From: Octopus sinensis
Taxonomy: Eukaryota
Length of the DNA: 64,000 bases
Assembly: GCF_006345805.1 (NCBI RefSeq)
Contig: NC_043011.1
Coordinates: 40,870,464 to 40,934,463, forward strand
Direction: 5' to 3'
Shown: in pieces, positions 62,839-64,000 of the stretch
Numbering within the stretch: position 1 is the stretch's first letter
How the letters are laid out: each line of letters begins with the position of its first letter
Made by a program: the position numbers and the translations under genes
Notes under the pieces: generated by a model
What the model saw: the letters and a program-made list of their open reading frames with translations, nothing else
Databases searched by the model: none
What the model was told of the DNA's origin: nothing

Positions 62839-63689
62839 CATCGATCTCAGTATGTAACAGGTGCATTATTTTATACATTGTTTTATCAATCGTAGATCAA
62901 TGAAACTTAACCTCAGCAGAGTTTAAACTCCGAACGTTAAGAGCTGGGTTGAATTCCACGGAAACAATTTTTACAATACTCAAACAATTTTGCCAACGCG
63001 CCAATAACAACAACAACAACATCGAGAAAAGAATGCAGTAAATTCAGCTTAGCCAGATCGGCCAGACCGTCCCAGAGGACGTCAAAACACTTTCTAAAAC
63101 GTCCAAGAAGTTTCTGATAAATGAACAGTAAAAGAAACGGTAACCTCGATTTAAAATATAAATCACGGAGTTTAATTAGTAAGAAACGTCATTCTCATTA
63201 AATACACACGCACACAATAATTAAGTTAGTGTTAATATATTTAATGTAGTGAGTATCGAAAATCTAATTAGAAATATTTATGCAATGAGAAGACAACATT
63301 AGCTGCATGACTAATAAGGTTTTAATTAAGTCGGAAAGCAAGGGGCGTGTTTCGGTATAATTGAATTTCATCAGCGAAGGACAAGTTTTACTGTACTGCC
63401 TGAAGTATAATAAGGAAAATCTCTAAATGGATGTATATTGTTATACGCGAGTTGACATTTTCGAATCTCCGTCGTTATCGATGATGACAAATTAGCTCTC
63501 TGACTAATAAGGAACGTGTTTGGGTTTGATATAATGTAATTTCGTCAGTGAACCACAGACTTCACCGTACTGCACAAAGTAACGTTAGGAAAATGGCTAA
63601 ATAGATGCATATTATAATGCGGGAGAGGATTTTAATGGACCTCCGTCGGTCTCGACGAGGAATTTCTCTTTCTTTCTCTTTTACTTGAG

Positions 63690-64000
63690 TCAATCATTTG
63701 AATGTAGCCATACTCGATCACCACCTTTAGTAGAGCAAATCGACCCCAGGACTTATTCTTTGTAAGCCTAGTACTTATTCTATCGGTCTCTTTTGCTGAA
63801 CAGCTAGGTTACGGGGACGTAAACACGCCAGCATTAGTTGTCAAGCGATGTTAGGTGGACAAACACAGACACACAAACATATACACACACATACATATAT
63901 ATGCATATATACGACAGGCTTCTTTCAGTTTCCGTCTACCAAATCCACTCGCAAGGCTTTAGTCGGCCCGAGGCTATAGTAGAAGACATTTGCCCAAGGT
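63690..64000 (-). mobile_element. SINE family B, cut by the window end
   Basis: Reverse-complement match. Confidence 0.85.

Overview
AT-rich, repeat-dense eukaryotic DNA with no confidently identifiable host gene. Its repeat content (tRNA-derived SINE families, (TA)n/(CA)n/(TATC)n/(AAT)n microsatellites, R4/Dong, RTE, CR1 and Penelope-like remnants) resembles an Octopus intergenic or intronic region; this is inferred from repeat style, not from a database search. Most ORFs in the supplied track are microsatellite or antisense-TE artefacts. Supported elements: a full-length dead pogo (POGK-like) transposon, an ORF1-only L1-like retroposon with a 13-bp TSD, mariner/Tc1/hAT MITEs, several LINE 3' fragments and many SINEs. 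The main signal lies outside the ORF track. About eight sequence-unrelated families of small type I hammerhead ribozyme (HHR) motifs can be folded by eye. They include a 111-bp tandem array with a complete HHR in every unit (retrozyme-like), a palindrome carrying two back-to-back HHRs, and families in which the core 3-8 tertiary pair appears covaried (C-G, U-A, G-C). HHRs in Penelope-like elements are established; these particular families, variants and their activity are unverified. All folds and alignments were done manually. Ends of decayed repeats are approximate.
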